Part shown: positions 55,564 to 64,000 of the stretch, in pieces
Layout: each line of letters opens with the position of its first letter
Numbering within the stretch: the first letter of the stretch is position 1
Source of the DNA: Spirochaetia bacterium
Lineage (GTDB): Bacteria > Spirochaetota > Spirochaetia > UBA9216
Assembly: GCA_965140585.1 (NCBI GenBank)
Contig: OZ223270.1
Coordinates: 384,001 to 448,000, forward strand
Reading direction: 5' to 3'
DNA: 64,000 nt
Translations under genes and position numbers: made by a program
The notes under the pieces: model-generated
Told to the model about the DNA's origin: nothing
Database searches by the model: none
The model's input: only the letters and a program-made list of their open reading frames with translations

Positions 55564-58431
55564 TCAGGATCTTGAGATCTGTAATCCTTTATCAGAAAGA
55601 TCCATATCTACAAACCGTGCCCGTTTATTTGGGGGATTTGCCGTCAAAATAGTCTTTATTTTTACCGCAGCATCAGGATCCTTGGCCACGATATACAGAA
55701 ATCCGCCGCCGCCGGCTCCAGGAAGCTTATAACCTAAAGATAGATCATCAATAAGGTCGATAATTCCCTGAATGGCTTTATTATTTGTATCTTTATCTAT
55801 TTCCTTATTCAGGTTCCAGGATCTTGCTATTTTTTTTCCATAAATATAAAAATCGCCTTTTTGAATTATCTCATAAGTACCTAAAGCATGCTGTTTCATT
55901 TCTTTTAGAATTCTGTAAGTTTTATTATCATTCAGAAACATGCCTTCGACTATTTCAGTGAGTATATTCTTGGCCACTCTTGTGATCCCTGTATAATATA
56001 ACAGCATACAGTTCTTAAATTCAGGTTTTGTAAACAAAAAATCAGGCAGCCAGCGTATATCAGGAGTCTGGCTCCAGCCTCTTTCTGTATCAAGGAGTTT
56101 TACTCCCGGAACAACTCCGCCGTACTGATCCTGCCATCCGCCACCTGTTGTCAGTAGCTGCTCAAGGCCAAGCGTACGGTTACAGATTTCAACAGAATCC
56201 CAGCCCAGACCGCAGAAATCTGATAATGCCCCAAGAATCGTAGAGGCAAGGATTGAACTGGTTCCCATACCCGAGCCCTTCGGTATTGCCGCAAGAAAGG
56301 AGATTTCCAGACCTGAACCGAAATCATCAATCTGATTTTTTAAGGTTTTATACTCTCTTTCAGAGAACTCCGGAAGAAACCCACAAAGAGCGAGCGCCGC
56401 TTTAGGAATTGAAAATGGAGAACCTACCGTATTATACTGCCTGATTTCATCAAAATTACTGATTATTTCACGTGCGCCAAGATCAATTGAACGAAGGATA
56501 ATCTCTTTCTGCTCTGAAGGTCTTATAAAAGCCTGCAGGGGAGGCTGCCCGTTCAGTTCAAGTGAGATATTTACTACACTACCGCCGTTTAAAATACAGT
56601 AAGGAGAAGTATCGGTCCAACCTCCGGCTAGGTCAATTCTCACAGGGCTTCTGCCCCAGACTATCTGATCTTCATACACATTAAGTACAGGATTCTGTTT
56701 AACTGATATGATTGATTTAAGGATAGCATTCTGCAGAGTACTGAAAGCTTTCTGATTATATTCAGAGCCAGCGGAATCATTTTTTGAAATCATTGACTGA
56801 AACATCATTTCCTGCATCAGAATTTCAGGCACTTCAGATTTTACAGGAGACAGACCATCTATATTATTTGAATTTTCAAGAATATACTTTGAAGTGTTTC
56901 TCAAATCAATCTGAAAAAAAACACTCTTATCAAAGTTCTTTCTGACAGCAGCAATATTTAAAATCATATATTCATTACGCTGTTTATTGATTTTTTCTAT
57001 ATCAGCTTTATTTAGGATATCCGCTGAGGATAATTTTTCGGCTTTATTCCACTTGTTTAAACATTCAGTATCCGGTGTTCCATATAGAAACCAGTCAATA
57101 AACCTATTATCAATATCTTTTAATGAAAAAATTGGAAATATTTTAGTATCATAAATATCCGAATTGGGATTGCCTTCGAATGAATCTAAATCAATTTCTC
57201 TAACCTTGCACCAATGAATAAAAGAATCGCTTAAGAATTTTGTTGATTCTGAATAAATAGACCCTTTAAATAAATCATCAATAAAATACGCCCTAAGACA
57301 ATACCTGTCTTCTTTAATAGGAATCAGGTCAAAGCAAAATCCTTGTTCAAGTTTAATTCCAAAATTATTTTCAGGCAATCCGGTTATAATATTATTCTTA
57401 GTTAGAACAATTTTTTCATTTATAAAACTGTTCTCTATCCATATATTCTGATTTTCCGAATTTAGCCCGGTTTTAATAATACTGTTCTGTGTAAATATCG
57501 AGGGATGAGGCTTGATATTACGGCTCCAGATTTCCTGCTGATTATTTGTAATATTCTGGAGTTCAAGAGATGATTTAATTATTTCTTTATTAGTTCCAAA
57601 ATGAAAAAAGCGACCGTCTTTTATCGTAAGTACAGCTGTCGTCAGTTTATTTATTTCCGGATCTTTAATCTTAGGATTGTGCCCCAAGGACAACCCTAAG
57701 GTCCCGTATAAATCATAAAATTCCGGGATATCATTTTTAAATTTCTCACTATCCAGATCGAATCCAGATTTATCCATCAATACCTGTATTGCATTATCAC
57801 TTAAAATCCAGATACCTGTATCGATATAAAAAAGATTATCAATGATTAAATTTTTCAGATTTTCATGATCCGGCTTTTGAAGCATATACTCCAGTTTATC
57901 AGGCGAATCTCTTTTACAGACAAAAACTCCGTGATTCACAGCAATGGAAGGATCGATATTCATCCCTACACAGACTATATCCGCATCCGGAATTTTATCA
58001 AAATACTGCTCAGACCAGATTAGTGCATCTCCGCTGGCTATTATGGTATTAGAAGTTGCAGAACTAACAGAAATCAGATTATTAAGCAGTGGATACTGAA
58101 GGTTTATTAAAGTCTGATTAAACCGCTGAGCACGTTCCCACCTGAATACTGGACAGGGCAGAAAACTTTTTCCCATTGCTGCGTACGCAGGTAGTCTTCT
58201 GCTTTGTCCACCGCCGTGAACGATTATTTTCTTTTCACAAGAAAGATATTCACTGAAATTCGAGTCCTTATAGGAGGATAGCCAATCCTGATATATTATC
58301 CATGAGGTTCCGCCGCCCGACCCTATTTTCCTTTCTACAGGATCGGAACAGGCAAAATGCTTATATTCTTCATTTACGAGATGTTTGGAGTATTTTGCCG
58401 CCTTCTCAGGAAGCGAGAGAAGAAGTTTCAT
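55564..58431 (-). CDS. fkp: Bifunctional L-fucokinase / L-fucose-1-phosphate guanylyltransferase
   Basis: [29 protein letters not shown]; GHMP part [35 protein letters not shown]; 955 aa. Confidence 0.92.
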   Translation of the reverse strand: MKLLLSLPEKAAKYSKHLVNEEYKHFACSDPVERKIGSGGGTSWIIYQDWLSSYKDSNFSEYLSCEKKIIVHGGGQSRRLPAYAAMGKSFLPCPVFRWERAQRFNQTLINLQYPLLNNLISVSSATSNTIIASGDALIWSEQYFDKIPDADIVCVGMNIDPSIAVNHGVFVCKRDSPDKLEYMLQKPDHENLKNLIIDNLFYIDTGIWILSDNAIQVLMDKSGFDLDSEKFKNDIPEFYDLYGTLGLSLGHNPKIKDPEINKLTTAVLTIKDGRFFHFGTNKEIIKSSLELQNITNNQQEIWSRNIKPHPSIFTQNSIIKTGLNSENQNIWIENSFINEKIVLTKNNIITGLPENNFGIKLEQGFCFDLIPIKEDRYCLRAYFIDDLFKGSIYSESTKFLSDSFIHWCKVREIDLDSFEGNPNSDIYDTKIFPIFSLKDIDNRFIDWFLYGTPDTECLNKWNKAEKLSSADILNKADIEKINKQRNEYMILNIAAVRKNFDKSVFFQIDLRNTSKYILENSNNIDGLSPVKSEVPEILMQEMMFQSMISKNDSAGSEYNQKAFSTLQNAILKSIISVKQNPVLNVYEDQIVWGRSPVRIDLAGGWTDTSPYCILNGGSVVNISLELNGQPPLQAFIRPSEQKEIILRSIDLGAREIISNFDEIRQYNTVGSPFSIPKAALALCGFLPEFSEREYKTLKNQIDDFGSGLEISFLAAIPKGSGMGTSSILASTILGALSDFCGLGWDSVEICNRTLGLEQLLTTGGGWQDQYGGVVPGVKLLDTERGWSQTPDIRWLPDFLFTKPEFKNCMLLYYTGITRVAKNILTEIVEGMFLNDNKTYRILKEMKQHALGTYEIIQKGDFYIYGKKIARSWNLNKEIDKDTNNKAIQGIIDLIDDLSLGYKLPGAGGGGFLYIVAKDPDAAVKIKTILTANPPNKRARFVDMDLSDKGLQISRS

Positions 58432-59360
58432 TTTTTATTTAAAAAATCTTTATATGCAGTTTTTATCCCTTCATCAAGAGAGACGGAGGGCTGCCAACCC
58501 AATTTATTCAGTTTTGATACATCGAGAAGTTTACGGGGTGTACCATTAGGCTTTGTAGTATCCCAGTTTATTTTACCGGTATAACCAACAATATTACCAA
58601 CTTTTTCAGCTAAATCTTTTATCTGTAAATCTTCACCACAACCTATATTAACAAACTCCCCGGTTTCAGAGAAATTATAATTTTCCATAAGATAAATTAC
58701 TGCATCTGCCAAATCTTCGGAATATAGAAACTCTCTATACGGGCTTCCGTCACCCCATAATGTTACTTCTGAATCGTTTTGTTTTGCTTCATGAAATTTC
58801 CTGATTAGAGCCGGAAGCACATGGGAATTTTCAGGATGGTAATTATCACCGGGACCATAGAGATTTGTAGGCATAACTGAAATGTAGTTGGTACCATACT
58901 GCTGATTATAATATCTGCAAAGTTTTATAGCTGAAATTTTGGCAATGGCATAAGCTTCATTTGTAATTTCAAGTTCTCCTGTTAGAAGGTATTCTTCTTT
59001 AAGAGGCTGCGGTGCCATTTTAGGATAAATACAGGATGACCCCAAATTAAGTAGTTTTTTAACCTTATATTTATAGGCTGAGTTTATTATATTCATTCCG
59101 ATAGCTATGTTATTGTAAATAAAATTCGCAGGATACTCAGAATTAGCAAAAATTCCACCGACTTTTGCAGCTGCAAGAAAAACATATTCAGGTTTTTGTT
59201 CATCAAAAAAATCTTCCACATCTTTTTGACGAGTCAAATCCAATTCTAAATGAGTCCTAGCTATAATATTCTTATAGCCCTTGTGTTCAAGGCCTTTTAT
59301 TATTGCAGAGCCGACCATTCCACGATGACCGGCGACATAAATTCTTGATTCTTTATTCAT
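58428..59360 (-). CDS. fcl: GDP-L-fucose synthase
   Basis: [35 protein letters not shown]. Confidence 0.96.
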   Translation of the reverse strand: MNKESRIYVAGHRGMVGSAIIKGLEHKGYKNIIARTHLELDLTRQKDVEDFFDEQKPEYVFLAAAKVGGIFANSEYPANFIYNNIAIGMNIINSAYKYKVKKLLNLGSSCIYPKMAPQPLKEEYLLTGELEITNEAYAIAKISAIKLCRYYNQQYGTNYISVMPTNLYGPGDNYHPENSHVLPALIRKFHEAKQNDSEVTLWGDGSPYREFLYSEDLADAVIYLMENYNFSETGEFVNIGCGEDLQIKDLAEKVGNIVGYTGKINWDTTKPNGTPRKLLDVSKLNKLGWQPSVSLDEGIKTAYKDFLNKK

Positions 59361-59363
59361 AAA

Positions 59364-60452
59364 TTAAGCTTTTCTATTATCTTTCATTCTGTATCCGCCT
59401 TCTTTCAAATACAGTTCTTTTTCATTCTCTTTTAAATCTGAGTCAACCATCATTTTGACAAGCTGTTTAAAAGTAACTTTTGGATTCCAGTTCAACTCTG
59501 TTTTTGCTTTTGTTGGATCACCTAAAAGAAGATCTACCTCTGTAGGTCTGAAATATTGAGGATCTACTTTTACCAGGGGGTTTCCGGTAGTCATATCCTT
59601 ACCAATCTCATTAACGCCTGAACCTTCCCACGCGATGTTTATATCAAGAATCTTAAAAGTCTCCTCTACGAACTCTCTAACTGTATGCATTTCCCCAGTA
59701 GCAATAACATAGTCTTCAGGTTTTTCCTGCTGAAGCATTAGCCACATAGCTTCTACATAATCTCCGGCAAATCCCCAGTCTCTTTTGGAGTTAAGGTTTC
59801 CAAGGAATAAAGTCTTCTGTAAGCCAAGTTTAATCCGACACGCCGCTCTTGTGATTTTTCTGGTTACAAAGGTTTCACCTCTTCGTGGACTTTCATGATT
59901 AAAAAGTATTCCATTGCATGCATACATATCATAGGCTTCACGGTAATTCTTGAAAATCCAAAACGCATACAATTTTGCGACTGCGTATGGGCTTCTCGGA
60001 TAAAATGGAGTTGTTTCTTTTTGTGGAATTTCCTGAACCTTTCCGTATAGCTCACTTGTAGAAGCCTGATATATCCTCACCTTTTTTTCCATCCCAAGCA
60101 GTTTAACAGCTTCAAGTATTCTCAGAGCTCCAATAGCATCAGACTGAGCAGTATATTCAGGCACATCAAAAGAAACTCTTACATGACTCTGGGCCCCAAG
60201 GTTATATATTTCATCAGGCTGTATTTCCTGAATAAGGCGGATCAAATTTGTTGAATCTGTAAGATCCCCGTAATGAAGAATAAACTTTACATTTTCTTCA
60301 TGCTGATCCTGGTATAGATGGTCTATTCTCTCTGTATTAAAAGAGGATGCTCGCCTTTTAATTCCATGAACTTCATATCCTTTCTCTAGTAGGAATTCTG
60401 CAAGATAAGATCCATCCTGTCCCGAAATGCCTGATATTAATGCTTTTTTCAT
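59364..60452 (-). CDS. gmd: GDP-mannose 4,6-dehydratase
   Basis: [44 protein letters not shown]. Confidence 0.97.
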   Translation of the reverse strand: MKKALISGISGQDGSYLAEFLLEKGYEVHGIKRRASSFNTERIDHLYQDQHEENVKFILHYGDLTDSTNLIRLIQEIQPDEIYNLGAQSHVRVSFDVPEYTAQSDAIGALRILEAVKLLGMEKKVRIYQASTSELYGKVQEIPQKETTPFYPRSPYAVAKLYAFWIFKNYREAYDMYACNGILFNHESPRRGETFVTRKITRAACRIKLGLQKTLFLGNLNSKRDWGFAGDYVEAMWLMLQQEKPEDYVIATGEMHTVREFVEETFKILDINIAWEGSGVNEIGKDMTTGNPLVKVDPQYFRPTEVDLLLGDPTKAKTELNWNPKVTFKQLVKMMVDSDLKENEKELYLKEGGYRMKDNRKA

Positions 60453-60464
60453 TATCGCTCCAAT

Positions 60465-61205
60465 TTATCTAATTATAAGCTGCTTTATTTTCGAAATAGG
60501 TTTTTTTAATGTAATACCGAATGGAGGACTCATCCCATTATCTATCCAGGACTGCCTACATTCTTTATTACTATTTATTATTGCCTTTAAGGAACTGTTA
60601 CTGGCACCACCAATTCGCATTCTAACAAAGTATTCATCTAAGAAAACACTCTGCAATTTATATTTTTTTAAAACCCTCAGCATAAATTCATAATCTGCAG
60701 CTATTTTATATTTTAAACTAAAATATCCATATTTTTCATACACTTCTCTTTTTACAAAAAACCCTGGATGGGGCGGATGTGTTCCATTACTAAACATTTT
60801 TTCAGTGTAAGGTTCAGTTTTATAATTGCGTATTATTTTATTTGTATCGTCCTGATCTACACAAACTATATTGCCATAAACAATATCGCAATTACTCTTT
60901 TCGAAAGCGCTATATATTTTATTTAAAACAAATTCGTCATAAAATATATCATCAGAATTTAAAATTCCTATTATGTCACCCGTAGTATTCTTAATACCTT
61001 TATTCATGGCGTCATAAATGCCTCTGTCATGTTCTGATAAAAATTTTGATTTATAAACTTTTAAAATTTTAAAAGTAGCGTCATTAGATTTTCCGTCAAC
61101 AATCAAATGCTCATAATTATCAAATACTTGACTTTTAACACTTCTTAAACAGTCTTCTATTGTTTTTTCACTATTAAATGTTGGAGTTATTATACTAATT
61201 TTCAT
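60465..61205 (-). CDS. GT2 glycosyltransferase (WcaE-like)
   Basis: SIITPTFN, VDGKSND, GIYDAMNKG, LNSDD, AADYE. Confidence 0.9.
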   Translation of the reverse strand: MKISIITPTFNSEKTIEDCLRSVKSQVFDNYEHLIVDGKSNDATFKILKVYKSKFLSEHDRGIYDAMNKGIKNTTGDIIGILNSDDIFYDEFVLNKIYSAFEKSNCDIVYGNIVCVDQDDTNKIIRNYKTEPYTEKMFSNGTHPPHPGFFVKREVYEKYGYFSLKYKIAADYEFMLRVLKKYKLQSVFLDEYFVRMRIGGASNSSLKAIINSNKECRQSWIDNGMSPPFGITLKKPISKIKQLIIR

Positions 61206-61211
61206 ATGAAC

Positions 61212-62282
61212 CTATTTGTGAAATAAAATACTTTCTACTTTTTTTAGATATATCTCTTCTTTATAGTTTTCCAACGCGATTGTATTATTATAATTTGCTA
61301 TTTTAATTTTTTCATTAATCGTCATTTTTTGGAACTTTTTTATAGCTTCGATAATACTATTGGTTGATTTTTTTTTAAGCTCAAATCCATTTTCAAGATC
61401 CTTAAAAACATCTTTAATTCCACCTTGATCTGTTGTCATCACCACATTGCCAGCTGCATACGCTTCTAATATTGAAATCGGTTGCCCCTCATATTTATAA
61501 TATGTAGGGAGACAAAATACATGACTTTCTTTAAGTATTTTAGAGGCATTAAAGCTATCAAGCTTACCATAATACTTTACTGTATCACTAAAAAATTTTT
61601 TATAAGTTTCATAAATATTATTATTTTCAAATTCTCCAACAAAATTAAAATATACCTTTTTATCATCTTTAAAATATTTTGAAGCTTCTAATAAATAATT
61701 AAAGCCTTTACTTTCTATCAAATTACTGAGATATGTAATAATCAAAACATCCTTATTAAATTTATTTTTGATTTTTTCTTTTTCTAATAAAAAATAGTCA
61801 AGATAAAAATTTTCTACAACTTTTATTTTCTGATTATTTAATATTGGTGATAATTGATTTCTTAATGATTCTCCTAACACAATCCCAAAATCTACATTTT
61901 TATATATAACTTTATTTAAATTTTTCAAGATGCTTTTAGACAAAATTTGTTTACTAAATCCACCACCATGAAGGTGTACTATTACCTTTTTTTTTCTTAA
62001 AAGATATATATAAATTAAATCCTTCAAGTTTCCATATACAGATTGAGTAATCGTTATATAAGCATATTCACATACTTTTCTATTCAAATAAATAAACAAT
62101 ATTTTTTTAAAAACATTTTTAAATTGATTAATAGAAGCGTTCCCACTTGATAAATTATTTTTTGACATATCGATTTTAATTAATTCATAAGATCCTTCTA
62201 AATACTTATATAAACTATTACACGCAATGGATAATCCTGTATTGGGGGGAGGAAAAGAACCTATAAACATTATTTTATTCAT
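61212..62282 (-). CDS. GT4 glycosyltransferase
   Basis: HLHGG, SNLIESKG, EGQPISILEA. Confidence 0.9.
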   Translation of the reverse strand: MNKIMFIGSFPPPNTGLSIACNSLYKYLEGSYELIKIDMSKNNLSSGNASINQFKNVFKKILFIYLNRKVCEYAYITITQSVYGNLKDLIYIYLLRKKKVIVHLHGGGFSKQILSKSILKNLNKVIYKNVDFGIVLGESLRNQLSPILNNQKIKVVENFYLDYFLLEKEKIKNKFNKDVLIITYLSNLIESKGFNYLLEASKYFKDDKKVYFNFVGEFENNNIYETYKKFFSDTVKYYGKLDSFNASKILKESHVFCLPTYYKYEGQPISILEAYAAGNVVMTTDQGGIKDVFKDLENGFELKKKSTNSIIEAIKKFQKMTINEKIKIANYNNTIALENYKEEIYLKKVESILFHK

Positions 62283-62836
62283 TTATTAACCTTTTTAATT
62301 ATTTTAGCAGGATTTCCTGCAATAATTACATTAGACGGAAAAACTCCCTTTACAACTGCACCTGCTCCAACCACTGAATTTTCTCCTATAAATGTACCTT
62401 TCAGAATTATAGATCTCATTCCGATAAATACATTGTTTCCTATAAAAACCTCTTTTCCTATTACATTTTTATTTTTTAATCTTCCTTCGGCTTCAATGGG
62501 GTGAAAGTCGTTATCAACAATCTTACACTCTGTTCCGATTAAACAATTATCAGATATAGTTATTTTCTCTATTGAATATATTTGCGATCCTGAAATACCG
62601 ACATTATTTCCAATAACAATTTCTCCACTTCCCCTTGTGATTAAGTGTGTTCGATTTGAAATTCCTAATAAATTTGAATAAGAGGAACTATTGATAATTA
62701 TTTTCTTGCCAAATTTTAAAGAACCTGATTTGGTCAATATTAATGTTAAACCGTTAAACTTAACATTTTTTTTATACTTAATTTTGTATAACAAAAAAAC
62801 TATGATAAAATATATTTTTCGAAAAATCAATTTCAT
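62279..62836 (-). CDS. Hexapeptide-repeat O-acetyltransferase
   Basis: IGNNVGIS, DNDFH, IGENSVVGAGAVV, AGNPAK. Confidence 0.9.
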   Translation of the reverse strand: MKLIFRKIYFIIVFLLYKIKYKKNVKFNGLTLILTKSGSLKFGKKIIINSSSYSNLLGISNRTHLITRGSGEIVIGNNVGISGSQIYSIEKITISDNCLIGTECKIVDNDFHPIEAEGRLKNKNVIGKEVFIGNNVFIGMRSIILKGTFIGENSVVGAGAVVKGVFPSNVIIAGNPAKIIKKVNK

Positions 62837-62850
62837 TTATTCTGGTCCTT

Positions 62851-63999
62851 TCATAAGCGTAATTCTACTAAATTGTTGATTTTAATATTCTTACTACAGT
62901 ATGCTAAATATATAGGATAAAGAATATTTAAGGGAAAAAATTCGTTAATCGGAATACTTAACCCAATTAAAATAAAACTTAACAAAAAAATATATAATAT
63001 TTTATTATTTCTTTCTCCCAAGATATATTTTAATGAAAGGAAAATGTTTAAAATTATAATGTATAATATTGGCACGAATCCATATTGCCAAAAAATAGAA
63101 GCATATATACTATCGTTAATTTTTGGTAATTGAACTTGAATACGATCTTTAAAATAACTATAAAAAAAGTTACTTCCATAGCCTGGAGCAACACCAGTAA
63201 ATCCACCTTCCAAAAACGAACTTTTTATTAAATTAAATCTTGTAGAGAAGCTGATATCAAAATCACTTCTTCCAGATATTATAGGATATACATATAATAA
63301 AAATACTAATGCTATAAATATAGCTGGAATTAATAACAAAACAAAAACTCTTATTCTAATTTTTTGTAAAATTAGAACGCATAAATAGACGATAAATCCC
63401 ATAGCACTTGAAATCATTACTAAAGTTAAACCAACAACTAAAACATAGATAACATTTTTTTTATTTAGATAATGACTAATCGCAATATAACTGAATATCA
63501 AAAAACCTGATGCAGGGGAAGGATAAAAAAAGAAACCACAGGCTCTCTTATTAAACCCAAAATAACCAGTTCCCCAGCTGTGTGTAAAAAAGTACTCAGC
63601 TGATATTGAAATAATAAGAATTATTTGAATCAGATATAATAATTTTGTAATTAATATTATATGATTGGAATTTATTGTGTTATAAAAGTAAATAAAAAGT
63701 ATAAATGGAATTATCGTTCTAAAACCAATAAAAAAAATTAAATTTTTAGAGAAAAAAATATTTATAATTGAAATTACTAAACAAAATACTAAAATTATTT
63801 TATAAATAATTAAATTACAATTATCTTTTCTATTATTAAAAATAATATCAATAATTAAAATTATTAAAAGATATATAAAAACAAAATCTTTAATTGTTTT
63901 TAAATATTTTAAATTAATATCTAAATTAAATTTTAGCAAAAACTCCGTAATACCAAAAATAGGAGTTAATATAATTAGTATATAAATAAGTCGATAAGT
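62851..63999 (-). CDS. Polytopic membrane protein, probable Wzy polymerase/O-antigen ligase-like (5' end beyond window)
   Basis: Many TM helices, KRACGFFFYPS loop, very AT-rich; reading frame stays open to the window edge. Confidence 0.6.
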   Translation of the reverse strand, partial: TYRLIYILIILTPIFGITEFLLKFNLDINLKYLKTIKDFVFIYLLIILIIDIIFNNRKDNCNLIIYKIILVFCLVISIINIFFSKNLIFFIGFRTIIPFILFIYFYNTINSNHIILITKLLYLIQIILIISISAEYFFTHSWGTGYFGFNKRACGFFFYPSPASGFLIFSYIAISHYLNKKNVIYVLVVGLTLVMISSAMGFIVYLCVLILQKIRIRVFVLLLIPAIFIALVFLLYVYPIISGRSDFDISFSTRFNLIKSSFLEGGFTGVAPGYGSNFFYSYFKDRIQVQLPKINDSIYASIFWQYGFVPILYIIILNIFLSLKYILGERNNKILYIFLLSFILIGLSIPINEFFPLNILYPIYLAYCSKNIKINNLVELRL

Positions 64000-64000
64000 A

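Noticed and set aside
1-64000. CRISPR arrays, tRNA/rRNA genes, IS elements, prophage
   Set aside because: No regularly spaced repeats, intergenic gaps are short, and no transposase, integrase or phage ORFs were recognised. A covariance-model scan was not possible.

Overview
Gene-dense chromosomal window, most likely from a free-living spirochaete (Spirochaetales-like). This is inferred from the spirochaete-type PilZ protein, long FapA/DUF342 plus P-loop ATPase plus lgt block, STAS-Zn-ribbon protein, DUF2259 and Asp-type MurA. About 62 CDS. I saw no rRNA, tRNA, CRISPR array or transposase. The left and middle are mostly housekeeping and regulatory genes: Ktr K+ uptake, a heterodimeric ABC exporter, pth, Fur-NifX-Mrp with a near-consensus Fur box, an RpoS-like sigma, CtpA, rsmE, an ECF sigma/anti-sigma pair, murA, aspartokinase and thrC. 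The right end (47-64 kb) is a surface-polysaccharide locus that becomes increasingly AT-rich (wzy-like, acetyltransferase, GTs, gmd, fcl, fkp, ugd, rmlACDB, two Wzi-like proteins). Best candidates for undescribed biology: (1) a cassette at 7555-12431 of an atypical enolase-superfamily enzyme, a TtcA-like PP-loop ATPase, a V4R/H-NOX-like sensor-GAF-HD-GYP phosphodiesterase and an LpxL-like acyltransferase, converging on a PilZ receptor, which could be a small-molecule or lipid signal synthesis-and-sensing system tied to c-di-GMP; (2) an in-frame RmlD-HEPN fusion followed by a coupled MNT nucleotidyltransferase inside the rhamnose operon. Also notable: an HTH-less pseudo-receiver sigma-54 activator, a consensus sigma-54 promoter with an upstream palindrome, many apparently leaderless genes, and a Bacteroides-type fkp. 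All family calls come from motif recognition by eye, not database searches.
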